DNA from: an uncultured Candidatus Saccharibacteria bacterium
GTDB lineage: Bacteria > Patescibacteriota > Minisyncoccia > Phycocordibacterales > UBA9973
NCBI GenBank assembly: GCA_964527185.1
Contig: CAZGOI010000001.1
Span: 234,410-298,409, forward strand
Direction: 5' to 3'
Length of the DNA stretch: 64,000 nucleotides
Shown: positions 1-11,402 of the stretch, piece after piece
How the letters are laid out: each line of letters opens with the position of its first letter
How positions within the stretch are numbered: the first letter of the stretch is position 1
Position numbers and translations under genes: made by a program
The notes under the pieces: generated by a model
What the model was told of the DNA's origin: nothing
The model's input: only the letters and a program-made list of their open reading frames with translations
Databases searched by the model: none

Positions 1-1
1 C

Positions 2-145
2 AAACCCGCAAAACTTTCTCTGATTGGAACATTTGTCACACCAATCTCTCTACTCAAATCAAAAACAGCTTACTTCTTCAGAGCGGTCGCAAAGATAAAC
101 GGGGTACTGCACTACGGCGAAGTAATTTCGTTCACCACAAATTAG
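2..145 (+). CDS. 3' end of a protein with a fibronectin type III-like C-terminus (partial)
   Basis: Open frame from base 2 to TAG 143-145: ...KSKTAYFFRAVAKINGVLHYGEVISFTTN, matching the Y-x-F-R-A...YG...F-T-T pattern of FN3-like repeats. Confidence 0.6.
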   Translation, partial: KPAKLSLIGTFVTPISLLKSKTAYFFRAVAKINGVLHYGEVISFTTN

Positions 146-146
146 T

Positions 147-1883
147 ATGATACTTCTCGAGGCTCTAGTTAAGAATAATATTCTTCGTGAAGACCAGATT
201 GATCAAGTTACAAAAATCGCAAACGAAAAACACGACGGCAGTATAGACGAGGCACTACTTGATCTTGATATAGACGAAGACAAAATTCTTGAAACAAAAG
301 AAGCACTTTTCAATATTCCAGCTAAAAACATAGACTACAAATCTGTCGACTCAAACGTGCTCAAACTCATCCCAGTCGATGCAGTCAAAATCTACCACTT
401 TTTACCAATTGGGGAGGCCGATGGTGTCCTTGAGATTGGTATACTTGACCCAGAAAATGTTCAAGCCATGGATGCCATCACCTTTATCACCTCAAAAATC
501 GGCAAGCCATTTAAACTTTTCTTAATCAAAACTTCGGCTTACAATAAATTGCTCGGAACCTATGAAGGCATCGACAGTCAAGTCGACCAAGCTCTTTCCG
601 AGCTCGACGCTGAAATCGCTGGTAGTAAAGACGATGGTGTCACCATCGAGGCCAGCCAAAAAGCTTCTGATAAACTTAAAAAAGGTGAAGAAGAAAAAAT
701 AGTTGAAGATGCGCCAATCATAAAAATAGTCGCAGTCATTCTTCGCCACGCAACCGAAGGGCGGGCATCAGACATCCACATCGAAAATGTCGGCGACAAA
801 GTCAGAGTTAGGTTCAGAATAGACGGCACCCTACATACATCACTCGTCTTACCAATAAATGTCTACAACGGTGTTGTTGCTCGTATAAAAATTCTCGCCA
901 AACTTAGACTTGATGAAAAAAGAAAACCCCAGGACGGAGGTTTCTCGGCCAAGATCGATGGCCATAAAGTAGACTTTCGTGTTTCTACCATGCCGGGCTA
1001 CTATGGCGAAAAAGTTGAAATCAGAATACTTGATTCTGAAAGGGGAATACAAAAGATAGAACAACTCGACATGTCCCCTGAAGATTTGGCGATGATTCGC
1101 GAAGCTATAACCAAACCATACGGCCTGATTCTCATAACTGGCCCGACTGGTTCTGGTAAAAGTACAACCCTCTACTCGATGATAAATGAACTAGATCGAG
1201 AAGCAAAAAATATTGTCTCCCTCGAAGACCCAGTCGAGTACCACATCGACGGAGTCAATCAATCCCAAGTCATGCCAGAGATTGGCTACACTTTTGCTGC
1301 TGGTTTGCGTTCGATATTGCGACAAGATCCAGACATCATCATGGTTGGTGAGATTCGTGATAAAGAAACTGCCGAGTTGGCTATCCAAGCGGCTCTGACA
1401 GGCCACCTAGTTCTCTCAACACTTCACACCAATACCGCAGCTGGAGCTATCCCTCGACTCATCGATATGGGTATCGACCCATATCTCATCGCCCCGACGC
1501 TCGTACTTTGCATTGCCCAGCGTCTAGCTCACCGAATATATAAAGATTCAAAGAAACCTATACAAATCGATGATGCTACAAGACAGATGATAAATAAACA
1601 ATTTGAAGATTTACCAAAACAATTTAGAGAAAAGCTAGATATAAAAGATAATATATACGAGGCCGTGCCATCACCAGAATGTCCGTCTGGGTTGCGTGGG
1701 CGCATTTCTATATTTGAAATGTTTAAAGTCGACAAAGAAATGCAAAATCTGATACTCAAGCGACCCGATGAACAAGATATATACAAACTCGCTCGCTCAC
1801 GAGGTATGCTGACCCTGCGAGAAGATGCGATGGTCAAATCAGCCAACGGATACGTGCCGTTTAAAGAGGTCTACAACTATTAA
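147..1883 (+). CDS. pilB: type IV pilus assembly ATPase (PilB/GspE family)
   Basis: ASDIHIE, RLDEKRKPQDG, Walker A GPTGSGKST, EDPVEY, LRQDPDIIMVGEIRD, ALTGHLVLSTLHTN. Confidence 0.95.
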   Translation: MILLEALVKNNILREDQIDQVTKIANEKHDGSIDEALLDLDIDEDKILETKEALFNIPAKNIDYKSVDSNVLKLIPVDAVKIYHFLPIGEADGVLEIGILDPENVQAMDAITFITSKIGKPFKLFLIKTSAYNKLLGTYEGIDSQVDQALSELDAEIAGSKDDGVTIEASQKASDKLKKGEEEKIVEDAPIIKIVAVILRHATEGRASDIHIENVGDKVRVRFRIDGTLHTSLVLPINVYNGVVARIKILAKLRLDEKRKPQDGGFSAKIDGHKVDFRVSTMPGYYGEKVEIRILDSERGIQKIEQLDMSPEDLAMIREAITKPYGLILITGPTGSGKSTTLYSMINELDREAKNIVSLEDPVEYHIDGVNQSQVMPEIGYTFAAGLRSILRQDPDIIMVGEIRDKETAELAIQAALTGHLVLSTLHTNTAAGAIPRLIDMGIDPYLIAPTLVLCIAQRLAHRIYKDSKKPIQIDDATRQMINKQFEDLPKQFREKLDIKDNIYEAVPSPECPSGLRGRISIFEMFKVDKEMQNLILKRPDEQDIYKLARSRGMLTLREDAMVKSANGYVPFKEVYNY

Positions 1884-1931
1884 ACGGCAGGCTATAGTAA
1901 AAGAGATAATACTATAATATAATGGACTGGT

Positions 1932-2318
1932 ATGGAAACTAAGAAAAAAATTTTCATTATTGACGATGACAGTTTCTTGCTCGATATGTATGCACTGAAG
2001 TTCAACCAATCAAATTTTAGTGTCACGACTGCTCTCGGCCCAGAGCCGGCGCTCGAAAAATTTCACCAAGGTTTTGTCCCAGATGTCGTATTGCTTGATG
2101 TTGTTATGCCGGTCATGGATGGTTTTGAACTGATGGAAAAATTGAAAGAAGAAAACCTGGCCCAAACTGCAATTTTCATAATACTCTCAAATCGTGGCCA
2201 AGCCTCAGACATCGCCCGGGGCGAATCTCTCGGTGCAGCTGGTTACATCGTCAAAGCTTCGAGTACACCGTCTGAAGTTATAGAAAAAGTTACAAGTATT
2301 ATAAATAGTAAAAAATAA
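1932..2318 (+). CDS. single-domain response regulator (receiver)
   Basis: IIDDD, PDVVLLDVVMPVMDG, GAAGYIVK; 128 aa. Confidence 0.92.
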   Translation: METKKKIFIIDDDSFLLDMYALKFNQSNFSVTTALGPEPALEKFHQGFVPDVVLLDVVMPVMDGFELMEKLKEENLAQTAIFIILSNRGQASDIARGESLGAAGYIVKASSTPSEVIEKVTSIINSKK

Positions 2319-2319
2319 A

Positions 2320-3378
2320 ATGGTTCATCAAAAATTTTTAGAAGAATTATTAACAAGTTTGATACACGAAGATGGTTCCGATCTGCACCTCGGCGCTGGT
2401 CGCAAGCCGGCCATGCGTGTCAACGGCCAACTTCTTTTTATGGTTAACCAAGAAGCAAATACCAAAGAAGACATGGTTGGTATTTTGGGAGTACTGATCG
2501 GCCAGAAGAGAACAGATAAATTTTTAGAAGACAGAGAAGTAGATTTTTCTTATTCATTCAAAGGCGATACGCATCTGCGAGGTAATGCTTTCTTCCAACG
2601 TGGCTCTATTTGCATTGCTCTGCGTCTAATTCCAAAAGCAAAAACTCTAGCAGAATTAAATCTGCCACAAATACTTTCAAGTTTCACTTCAAAAAATCAA
2701 GGATTCTTCCTAGTCGTTGGCCCGGTAGGTCAAGGCAAGTCGACAACCCTCTCGACTATGATAAATATGATAAACAAAGATCGAGCCTGTCATATCGTGA
2801 CCATCGAAGATCCGATCGAGTTTGTCTATGAAGCAGACAAATCTATTATCGACCAACGTGAAGTTGGTGACGATACGCTAGATTTTGCTACTGCTCTCAA
2901 ATCCGTCTTTCGCGAAGATGTCAACGTCATATTTATCGGCGAAATGCGCAGCCCCGAGACGATTGCCGCCGCTGTTACAGCTGCTGAGACTGGCCACTTG
3001 GTCTTCTCGACGCTCCATACAAATAACGCCGCCCAGACTATCGATCGCATCATCGATTCGTTCCCTTCGGCCCAACAGGATCAGATAAGACTCCAGCTAT
3101 CTTCGAGTTTGCTCGGGGTTTTCTCGCAGCGTCTCATCCCACGTATTTCTGGTGGTCGTATACCAGCCTATGAACTCCTCATCAACAACAACGCTGTCGC
3201 CAACCTAATTCGAGAGAAACGCACTCACGAGATCAGTAACGTCGTAGAAACATCTTCAGACCAAGGTATGGTCGACATGAATCGATCGCTCGTTGAATTG
3301 GTTCAAAAAGGAGAGATCACCATGGAATCAGCCTACCAATACTCGGTCAACCCAAAGGCTCTCGAGCGTATGCTCTAA
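2320..3378 (+). CDS. pilT: type IV pilus retraction ATPase
   Basis: GSDLHL, GPVGQGKSTT, TIEDPIEF, IDQREVG, AAETGHLVFSTLHTN, QTIDRIIDSFP. Confidence 0.95.
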   Translation: MVHQKFLEELLTSLIHEDGSDLHLGAGRKPAMRVNGQLLFMVNQEANTKEDMVGILGVLIGQKRTDKFLEDREVDFSYSFKGDTHLRGNAFFQRGSICIALRLIPKAKTLAELNLPQILSSFTSKNQGFFLVVGPVGQGKSTTLSTMINMINKDRACHIVTIEDPIEFVYEADKSIIDQREVGDDTLDFATALKSVFREDVNVIFIGEMRSPETIAAAVTAAETGHLVFSTLHTNNAAQTIDRIIDSFPSAQQDQIRLQLSSSLLGVFSQRLIPRISGGRIPAYELLINNNAVANLIREKRTHEISNVVETSSDQGMVDMNRSLVELVQKGEITMESAYQYSVNPKALERML

Positions 3379-3386
3379 TCTAGTCT

Positions 3387-4595
3387 ATGTTATTTACCTA
3401 TGAAGCAATCACAAACGCGGGTGAAAAAAAGAAAGGCACTGTAGATGCTAGCTCTCGCGATATGGCTATCTCGGCAATTCAACGTCGAGGTTTTATCGTA
3501 GTTTCTATCAACGAAGGCGAAGCCAAGAAAAGTATCATGCAGATGACGTTTTTTGAAAAAGGAATCGCCATGAAAGACATAGTCATAATGTCTCGCCAGA
3601 TTTCAACACTTTTCGAAGCCCAAGTTTCAGCGCTCAAGGCTTTCAATCTTCTTGCCACCAATACCGAGAACAAAGCTCTAGTAAAAATTCTAACCAACGT
3701 TTCAGATGACATATCTTCCGGCCTTTCTATTTCGCAATCTCTAGCAAAACACCCCGAAGCTTTTTCAAATTTTTATGTAAACATGGTCAAAGCTGGTGAA
3801 GAATCTGGCAAACTGACGCAGACTTTTGCCTACTTGGCCGAATACCTTGATCGGCAATATCAATTAACTGCCAAAACAAAAAATGCCCTGATCTACCCAG
3901 GTTTTGTTATTAGTGTTTTCATCCTAGTTATGATTTTGATGTTCGTCTTTATTGTTCCGAGGCTGGCCGTCATCATCGAAGAGTCAGGTCAAGACATACC
4001 TTTTGCTACAAAAGTTGTCATGGGTATCAGCGACCTCTTGATCCACTATGGTTTGATCTTACTTGTCATACTAGCATTTGGAATATTTTATCTATTTAGA
4101 TTCAGCCGCTCAAAGTCTGGTCGCGAATACCTAGACAGGCTCAAGATTTCCTTGCCAGTTTTCAAAAATATTTATACCAAACTCTACCTCTCGCGCATTT
4201 CAGATAATATGGACACCATGCTTTCATCTGGCATCCCTATCATTCGTGCTATCGAGCTGACCGGTGATGTCGTCGGCAACAAAGTTTATGAAAATATTTT
4301 AAAGGATGTAACCGACCATGTTAAGGGTGGAGGTTCTTTCTCTGATGCATTGTCTCGCCACTCCGAGATTCCTTCTATCATGTCTGGAATGGTTCGCGTC
4401 GGCGAGGAAACCGGTTCGATCGGAAATATTTTGCGCACGCTTGGCAGATTCTACGCCAGAGAAGTCAATGACGCTGTCGATACGCTCGTCAGCCTGATCG
4501 AACCTCTCATGATCGTGGCGCTCGGTCTTGGCGTCGGCTTACTTCTTGCTTCAGTTCTCATGCCTATCTACAATGTAGCCTCGGGGATTCGCTAA
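3387..4595 (+). CDS. pilC: type IV pilus platform protein (PilC/GspF family)
   Basis: MVKAGEESGKL, ALIYP, VGEETG, SLIEP; three hydrophobic segments. Confidence 0.94.
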   Translation: MLFTYEAITNAGEKKKGTVDASSRDMAISAIQRRGFIVVSINEGEAKKSIMQMTFFEKGIAMKDIVIMSRQISTLFEAQVSALKAFNLLATNTENKALVKILTNVSDDISSGLSISQSLAKHPEAFSNFYVNMVKAGEESGKLTQTFAYLAEYLDRQYQLTAKTKNALIYPGFVISVFILVMILMFVFIVPRLAVIIEESGQDIPFATKVVMGISDLLIHYGLILLVILAFGIFYLFRFSRSKSGREYLDRLKISLPVFKNIYTKLYLSRISDNMDTMLSSGIPIIRAIELTGDVVGNKVYENILKDVTDHVKGGGSFSDALSRHSEIPSIMSGMVRVGEETGSIGNILRTLGRFYAREVNDAVDTLVSLIEPLMIVALGLGVGLLLASVLMPIYNVASGIR

Positions 4596-4640
4596 AAGAT
4601 ATCCACAATAAGCCATATTTACACTATTTACCCTAGTTCG

Positions 4641-4649
4641 TGGTATAAT
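4641..4649 (+). promoter_or_regulatory. extended -10 promoter element upstream of the first pilin
   Basis: TGGTATAAT (TGnTATAAT) in the intergenic region, about 63 nt before the pilin ATG. Confidence 0.55.
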
Positions 4650-4712
4650 GGGCCTATATCAAATAAGGTCGCGTCTTAACTTTTAAGACAAATTATTAGT
4701 ATTATATTTATT

Positions 4713-5222
4713 ATGAATCAAAATAAAGGTTTCACTCTCATCGAACTTTTGGTGGTCATCGCCATCATCGGTATCCTAGCCTCTATCGTTCTTGCAGCTC
4801 TCACGAGTGCTCGAACAAAAGGCCAAGCTGCTGCAGTTCAGGCCCAAATCGCCAATATGCGCGCTCAAGCCGAGCTTTACTATAGTTCAAATAGCAACAA
4901 CTATGGTACAGGTTATACCACTATAACAGTTGCTACTAACGCTAACGGAGTCGATATTACGCCTTCAGCGTCTTGTGCTACATCGTATGCAACAAACGGT
5001 GGTATGTTTACTGCAACAACTACAGGAGGACTCGATACTCTAGTCAAGGGTGTATGTAACTCTGGTGGTACAGTTATCACAGCTTCTGTTGATGCTGCTA
5101 CGGCTACAAAGTGGGCACTCAAGGCTACAGCACCGGGTTCGGTTTACTACTGCGCTGATAGTACAGGAGTTTCAAAATCATACGTTGCTGCTCCTACTAT
5201 AGCTGCTGCTGCTTGCCCATAA
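4713..5222 (+). CDS. type IV pilin (probable major pilin)
   Basis: KG/FTLIELLVVIAIIGILA prepilin motif; C-terminal YYCADSTG...C; own promoter and terminator. Confidence 0.92.
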   Translation: MNQNKGFTLIELLVVIAIIGILASIVLAALTSARTKGQAAAVQAQIANMRAQAELYYSSNSNNYGTGYTTITVATNANGVDITPSASCATSYATNGGMFTATTTGGLDTLVKGVCNSGGTVITASVDAATATKWALKATAPGSVYYCADSTGVSKSYVAAPTIAAAACP

Positions 5223-5242
5223 GCAACCAAAGCACCATGCTA

Positions 5243-5271
5243 CAAAACACCACCTCTCTGGTGGTGTTTTG
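5243..5271 (+). terminator. intrinsic terminator after the first pilin
   Basis: CAAAACACCAC...GTGGTGTTTTG perfect 11-bp stem followed by CTTTT. Confidence 0.8.
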
Positions 5272-5331
5272 CTTTTATAATTGGTACAATATAGGCAGTT
5301 AATTTTACAATGGTAAGAATAATATTTCTCT

Positions 5332-5877
5332 ATGTTTTATAAAAAAGGTTTTACCCTAGTCGAGCTAATGGTCTCTATAGCTATCATTGCAATCTTGGCG
5401 AGTATTATTCTTGCATTCCTAAGTTCAAGTAAAAATAAAGGTAGTGATTCTAAAGCGCAATCACAATTAAAATCAATGGCTCCACAGGCCCAGCTGTTTA
5501 CTGGTACAACTGGGACTGCCTATGTTGTCGCTACTCCATACTCTGGCGTTGGGGCTATCACTGGCGCGGCTGCTGGCGGGACTGCGGCATCGGGTACTCT
5601 TTTTAACGATACAACAATTTCAAACAACAGTGTTTATAAACTTGCAAATACTCTACCCTCTGGCACACTCATGTATTACGGTTGGGATGGCAACTCGCCA
5701 ATCGCCGGAGGCAAATGGTTTTTTGCCGCGACGACTACCACCGGCGCCGACTGCATAGATTATTCTGGATTCTTCAAAGTCTTCACTGGCACTGTGCCGA
5801 CGACGACACTCTCTACTTGGACAGCCGCCGGGGTTTTCCCAAATGCTACAGCCGGGAACGGTTACTCTTGCAACTAA
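5332..5877 (+). CDS. type IV pilin (second pilin paralog)
   Basis: KG/FTLVELMVSIAIIAILA; C-terminal CIDYSG...C; preceded by TGGTACAAT at 5282-5290. Confidence 0.9.
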   Translation: MFYKKGFTLVELMVSIAIIAILASIILAFLSSSKNKGSDSKAQSQLKSMAPQAQLFTGTTGTAYVVATPYSGVGAITGAAAGGTAASGTLFNDTTISNNSVYKLANTLPSGTLMYYGWDGNSPIAGGKWFFAATTTTGADCIDYSGFFKVFTGTVPTTTLSTWTAAGVFPNATAGNGYSCN

Positions 5878-5895
5878 AGATGATAGAATAGACTT

Positions 5896-6708
5896 ATGTA
5901 TATTCTAGTCTTTATTTTATTTTTTCTATTTGGAAATATCATCGGTAGTTTTCTAAATGTTGTCATCTATCGTTTTGGGACTGGCCGGTCGATGGTCCAC
6001 GGCCACTCCATCTGCATGTCTTGCGGGCACAAGCTCCTGTGGTATGAACTCATACCTATTTTTTCTTTTCTGATTCAATCTGGTCGCTGTCGGTCGTGCG
6101 CGAGCGCCATCTCGCACCAGTACCCGATAGTCGAGGCTGTCACAGGGTTTGTTTTTGCCATCTTGGCGTTTCATTTTCTACCACTTGCATCTTATTCGGT
6201 ATTTCACTACGCAGTCATGCTGTCTATCTATATGTTTTTATTCTCACTCCTTATTGTCATCTCTGTTTATGATATTCGCCATAAGATTATTCCAGATAAT
6301 TTGGTTTATGTTTTTGATATCATCGCTTTTATTTCTATATTTATAAATAAAACTAGCCCAACTCCATTTTTCGTAAAGCCAGATATCTGGATCATATTTT
6401 CTGGGTTTATACTGGCGGCACCTTTTGCGCTCATATGGTTACTTTCTCATGGTAAGTGGATGGGTCTCGGTGATGCCAAGCTCGAACTCGGCCTCGGGTC
6501 GATGCTCGGGCTGTCGCTCGGCCTATCGGCTATATTCATATCTTTTTGGATTGGCTCGATCGTCAGTTTGCTCACATTATTTTTTATCCATAAAAAATTT
6601 AATTTAAAAACCGAGATACCATTTGCACCATTTTTAATACTAAGTGCGCTAATAGTTTTCTTGTATAATATAGACATAATAAGTTTGGCAAATGTTTTTA
6701 GGCTCTAA
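5896..6708 (+). CDS. pilD: prepilin peptidase (A24)
   Basis: GSFLNVVIYR, CMSC...CRSC zinc motifs, YD, MGLGDAKL, IPFAPFL. Confidence 0.93.
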   Translation: MYILVFILFFLFGNIIGSFLNVVIYRFGTGRSMVHGHSICMSCGHKLLWYELIPIFSFLIQSGRCRSCASAISHQYPIVEAVTGFVFAILAFHFLPLASYSVFHYAVMLSIYMFLFSLLIVISVYDIRHKIIPDNLVYVFDIIAFISIFINKTSPTPFFVKPDIWIIFSGFILAAPFALIWLLSHGKWMGLGDAKLELGLGSMLGLSLGLSAIFISFWIGSIVSLLTLFFIHKKFNLKTEIPFAPFLILSALIVFLYNIDIISLANVFRL

Positions 6709-6714
6709 ATCAAA

Positions 6715-7368
6715 ATGTATAAGTTGGCTAACAAAAATATAAAAAGCGGTATGACTCTAGTCGAGCTCCTAGTCGTCCTCGGTATATTTGTTATGGTTTC
6801 GCTGCTTGTCATTTTCAATTACGGTAGTTTTCGCTCGAGCGTTTCGCTCCAGAATCTAAGCGACGACATCGCTTTATCTGTCAGACGGGCGCAAAACTAT
6901 GCCATCGGTGTTCGTGGCTCGCAATCTTCATTTACATCAGGCTATGGAATTCATTTTTCAACAGCTGCACCAAATGCTTCGGATGCTAGGGCTGGAAGCA
7001 ACAAAACATTTATCTTGTTTAATGATCTAAACCCAAACAAAGTCTATAATTATCTAACCTCTTCATCGACCACTTGCAATAGCTCGACTCTCTCTTCAAG
7101 CGATGAATGCATAGACATGCTGACAATTACAACTTCTGATGTCATCTCATCGCTGTGCCCATATTCTGGTGGGACTTGCACAAACATGACCAATGCCTAT
7201 GCCGATATAACTTTTCTTCGTCCAAATCCAGACGCTTACATTTGCGTCGGTACACTTGGTTCTGGTTGTTCGCAATATTCGAGTATAGATATCATTATTA
7301 CAAACCCTGAAAGCAAACTATCAAAAACGATAACCATTTCAAACGTCGGGCAAATTAGCATCAAATAA
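6715..7368 (+). CDS. minor pilin (FimT/GspH-like)
   Basis: SG/MTLVELLVVLGIF prepilin motif; GYGIHF; ends ISNVGQI. Confidence 0.85.
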   Translation: MYKLANKNIKSGMTLVELLVVLGIFVMVSLLVIFNYGSFRSSVSLQNLSDDIALSVRRAQNYAIGVRGSQSSFTSGYGIHFSTAAPNASDARAGSNKTFILFNDLNPNKVYNYLTSSSTTCNSSTLSSSDECIDMLTITTSDVISSLCPYSGGTCTNMTNAYADITFLRPNPDAYICVGTLGSGCSQYSSIDIIITNPESKLSKTITISNVGQISIK

Positions 7369-7369
7369 A

Positions 7370-7993
7370 ATGAGTCTTAAAATTTTTAAAAATAAAAATA
7401 CCGATTTATATAAACAAGGTTTCACTCTGGTCGAGATCATGGTTGCGACTTCAATATTTATGCTAATCATGCTCGCCGCTCTCGGTTCCCTGATTGTTTC
7501 ATCAGACGCAGCCAAGAAGGCCCAGGCACTGCGAACAGCCATGGATAATGTTAGTTTTGCCATGGAGAGTATGACCCGATCGCTTAGAATGGGAACAGAT
7601 TATACTTGCATGACTTCTTCGACATTTTCTTTACCAGGCAGTGCTCAAGCCGACTGCCCAGTTTCTTCTTCTGGTGGATCGGCCATAATATATACTCCAG
7701 CTTATGACGGTACCAAGCGTGATGCCGCCTATGTCGTAAATGCTCGTGGCGATGGCACTAGCGTCTTGCAGCGCTGTTATGCCGGAGGTTCGTGCCTAGA
7801 TATGGTTTCCTCAAATGTCGACATCCAGAAACTAACTTTTTTTGTCAGTGGTTCACATAGTGCATCGAACGGACCAGATGACCAAACACAACCAAGCATC
7901 TATATACTGGTCAAAGGTGTTGTAACCATCAAAGGCCAAGCCAATACATTTGCTGTCCAAACAACAGTTACACAACGTACGACAGAACAATAA
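7370..7993 (+). CDS. minor pilin (PilW-like)
   Basis: QG/FTLVEIMVATSIF; ends VQTTVTQR. Confidence 0.85.
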   Translation: MSLKIFKNKNTDLYKQGFTLVEIMVATSIFMLIMLAALGSLIVSSDAAKKAQALRTAMDNVSFAMESMTRSLRMGTDYTCMTSSTFSLPGSAQADCPVSSSGGSAIIYTPAYDGTKRDAAYVVNARGDGTSVLQRCYAGGSCLDMVSSNVDIQKLTFFVSGSHSASNGPDDQTQPSIYILVKGVVTIKGQANTFAVQTTVTQRTTEQ

Positions 7994-7994
7994 T

Positions 7995-8600
7995 ATGGAA
8001 AAAAAATATTCACAAAAAAATAAAGGCTTCACCCTGATCGAAACAATGATCGCAGTTTTTATTCTGGCTGCGGCCATCAGTGCTATACTCGGTCTCATTT
8101 CAAGTAGTTTCTATTCTGCTAGGTACGCCAAGAACGAATTGACAGCCAATTATTTAATCCAAGAAGTTGCGGACTACATTCGCGCCGATCGAGATAGCAT
8201 CGCCTTCCAGCAGATTGCAAACCCAAGCGGTGGTTGGAATAATTTTCTTTCTAAGTATGGCAACAGCAGTAGCGGGACGGTTTGTTTCTCGGCCAAGGGT
8301 TGCGAAATAGAACCGGCCAACACTATATCGTCAAACATAAATGCTTGTAGTACGGTTCCAACCTGGGGGACGATAAATTGCAAAGTCCTAAATTACGATG
8401 AAAGCGCCACCTACAAAGATTTCTATACATACCAAAACATTGGCACGACCAGTAATTTCAAAAGAAGCGTCAACCTCTCGATCAACCCGACTATCAACAA
8501 CCCAGATGAACTCGACATAACCATTACAGTCGAATGGCTAAACGGCAACCTGGTCAGATCTCGCACGCTACACACGAGCCTATTAAACTGGAAAAAATAA
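7995..8600 (+). CDS. minor pilin (PilV-like)
   Basis: KG/FTLIETMIAVFIL; start moved to ATG 7995, right after the upstream stop. Confidence 0.85.
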   Translation: MEKKYSQKNKGFTLIETMIAVFILAAAISAILGLISSSFYSARYAKNELTANYLIQEVADYIRADRDSIAFQQIANPSGGWNNFLSKYGNSSSGTVCFSAKGCEIEPANTISSNINACSTVPTWGTINCKVLNYDESATYKDFYTYQNIGTTSNFKRSVNLSINPTINNPDELDITITVEWLNGNLVRSRTLHTSLLNWKK

Positions 8601-8603
8601 ATT

Positions 8604-9086
8604 ATGAATAATTTTTCTGAAAAAATAAAAAAGAACGACGGCTACGCAATACTTTTTGCGGTCATTATTGTCAGTATCATAACCCTGCTTTCTTTTGGCC
8701 TATCGAGTACCACTTACAAAGAGCTCGTCCTGTCATCGCTTGCCAGTGATTCACAGATGTCCTACTTTCAATCAGACACGGCCACCGAATGCGCCATATA
8801 TTCAGATCTGGTTTTAGGTATGGGACCTTCGACACCCTCACCTTGGAATTGTGGGGTAAATTCTACCGGTACTGATAATTATTCTTTCAATATCGGTACC
8901 ATGCCTGGGGGCAGTAGCGATTTGAGCTACAGAGTCACAAACTCACAAGCCTCGACCCTACCGTGTTTTGAATTTGACGTCGATAAGCCGACATCGACCT
9001 CTAGCATAGTTTACGCCAGAGGTTATAATAACTGCGACAAGACTAACGGAAGGACAGTCGAACGCGAGATCAGGGTTACCTACTAA
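8604..9086 (+). CDS. PilX-like minor pilin
   Basis: DG/YAILFAVII (no Glu5, as in PilX/GspK); last gene of the pilin series. Confidence 0.7.
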   Translation: MNNFSEKIKKNDGYAILFAVIIVSIITLLSFGLSSTTYKELVLSSLASDSQMSYFQSDTATECAIYSDLVLGMGPSTPSPWNCGVNSTGTDNYSFNIGTMPGGSSDLSYRVTNSQASTLPCFEFDVDKPTSTSSIVYARGYNNCDKTNGRTVEREIRVTY

Positions 9087-11105
<2,019 letters not shown>

Positions 11106-11123
11106 ATATGCTATTGTAATCTT

Positions 11124-11402
11124 ATGCAATTAGAAGATATTAAAAAGCTCGCCGATCTCGCGCGGGTAGAGATGAGCGATGATGAGCTTGCCGGCATCGC
11201 CCACGATTTCGACGCCATTCTCTCGTATGTCGGGCAGATAAAAGAAGTCGGGGACTTGCCGAATGATGCGCCAGAACACTTGCTCTCAAACATCATGCGT
11301 GACGATGTCGCGACCAACGCCCGAGCTTCGTGCAGAGAAAAAATTATACAACAGATGCCAGATAGTAAAGACGGCTTCCTGAAGGTTAAGCAAATCCTAT
11401 GA
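11124..11402 (+). CDS. gatC: Asp/Glu-tRNA amidotransferase subunit C
   Basis: KKLADLARV...ILSYV...MRDD...FLKVKQIL; overlaps the gatA start. Confidence 0.92.
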   Translation: MQLEDIKKLADLARVEMSDDELAGIAHDFDAILSYVGQIKEVGDLPNDAPEHLLSNIMRDDVATNARASCREKIIQQMPDSKDGFLKVKQIL

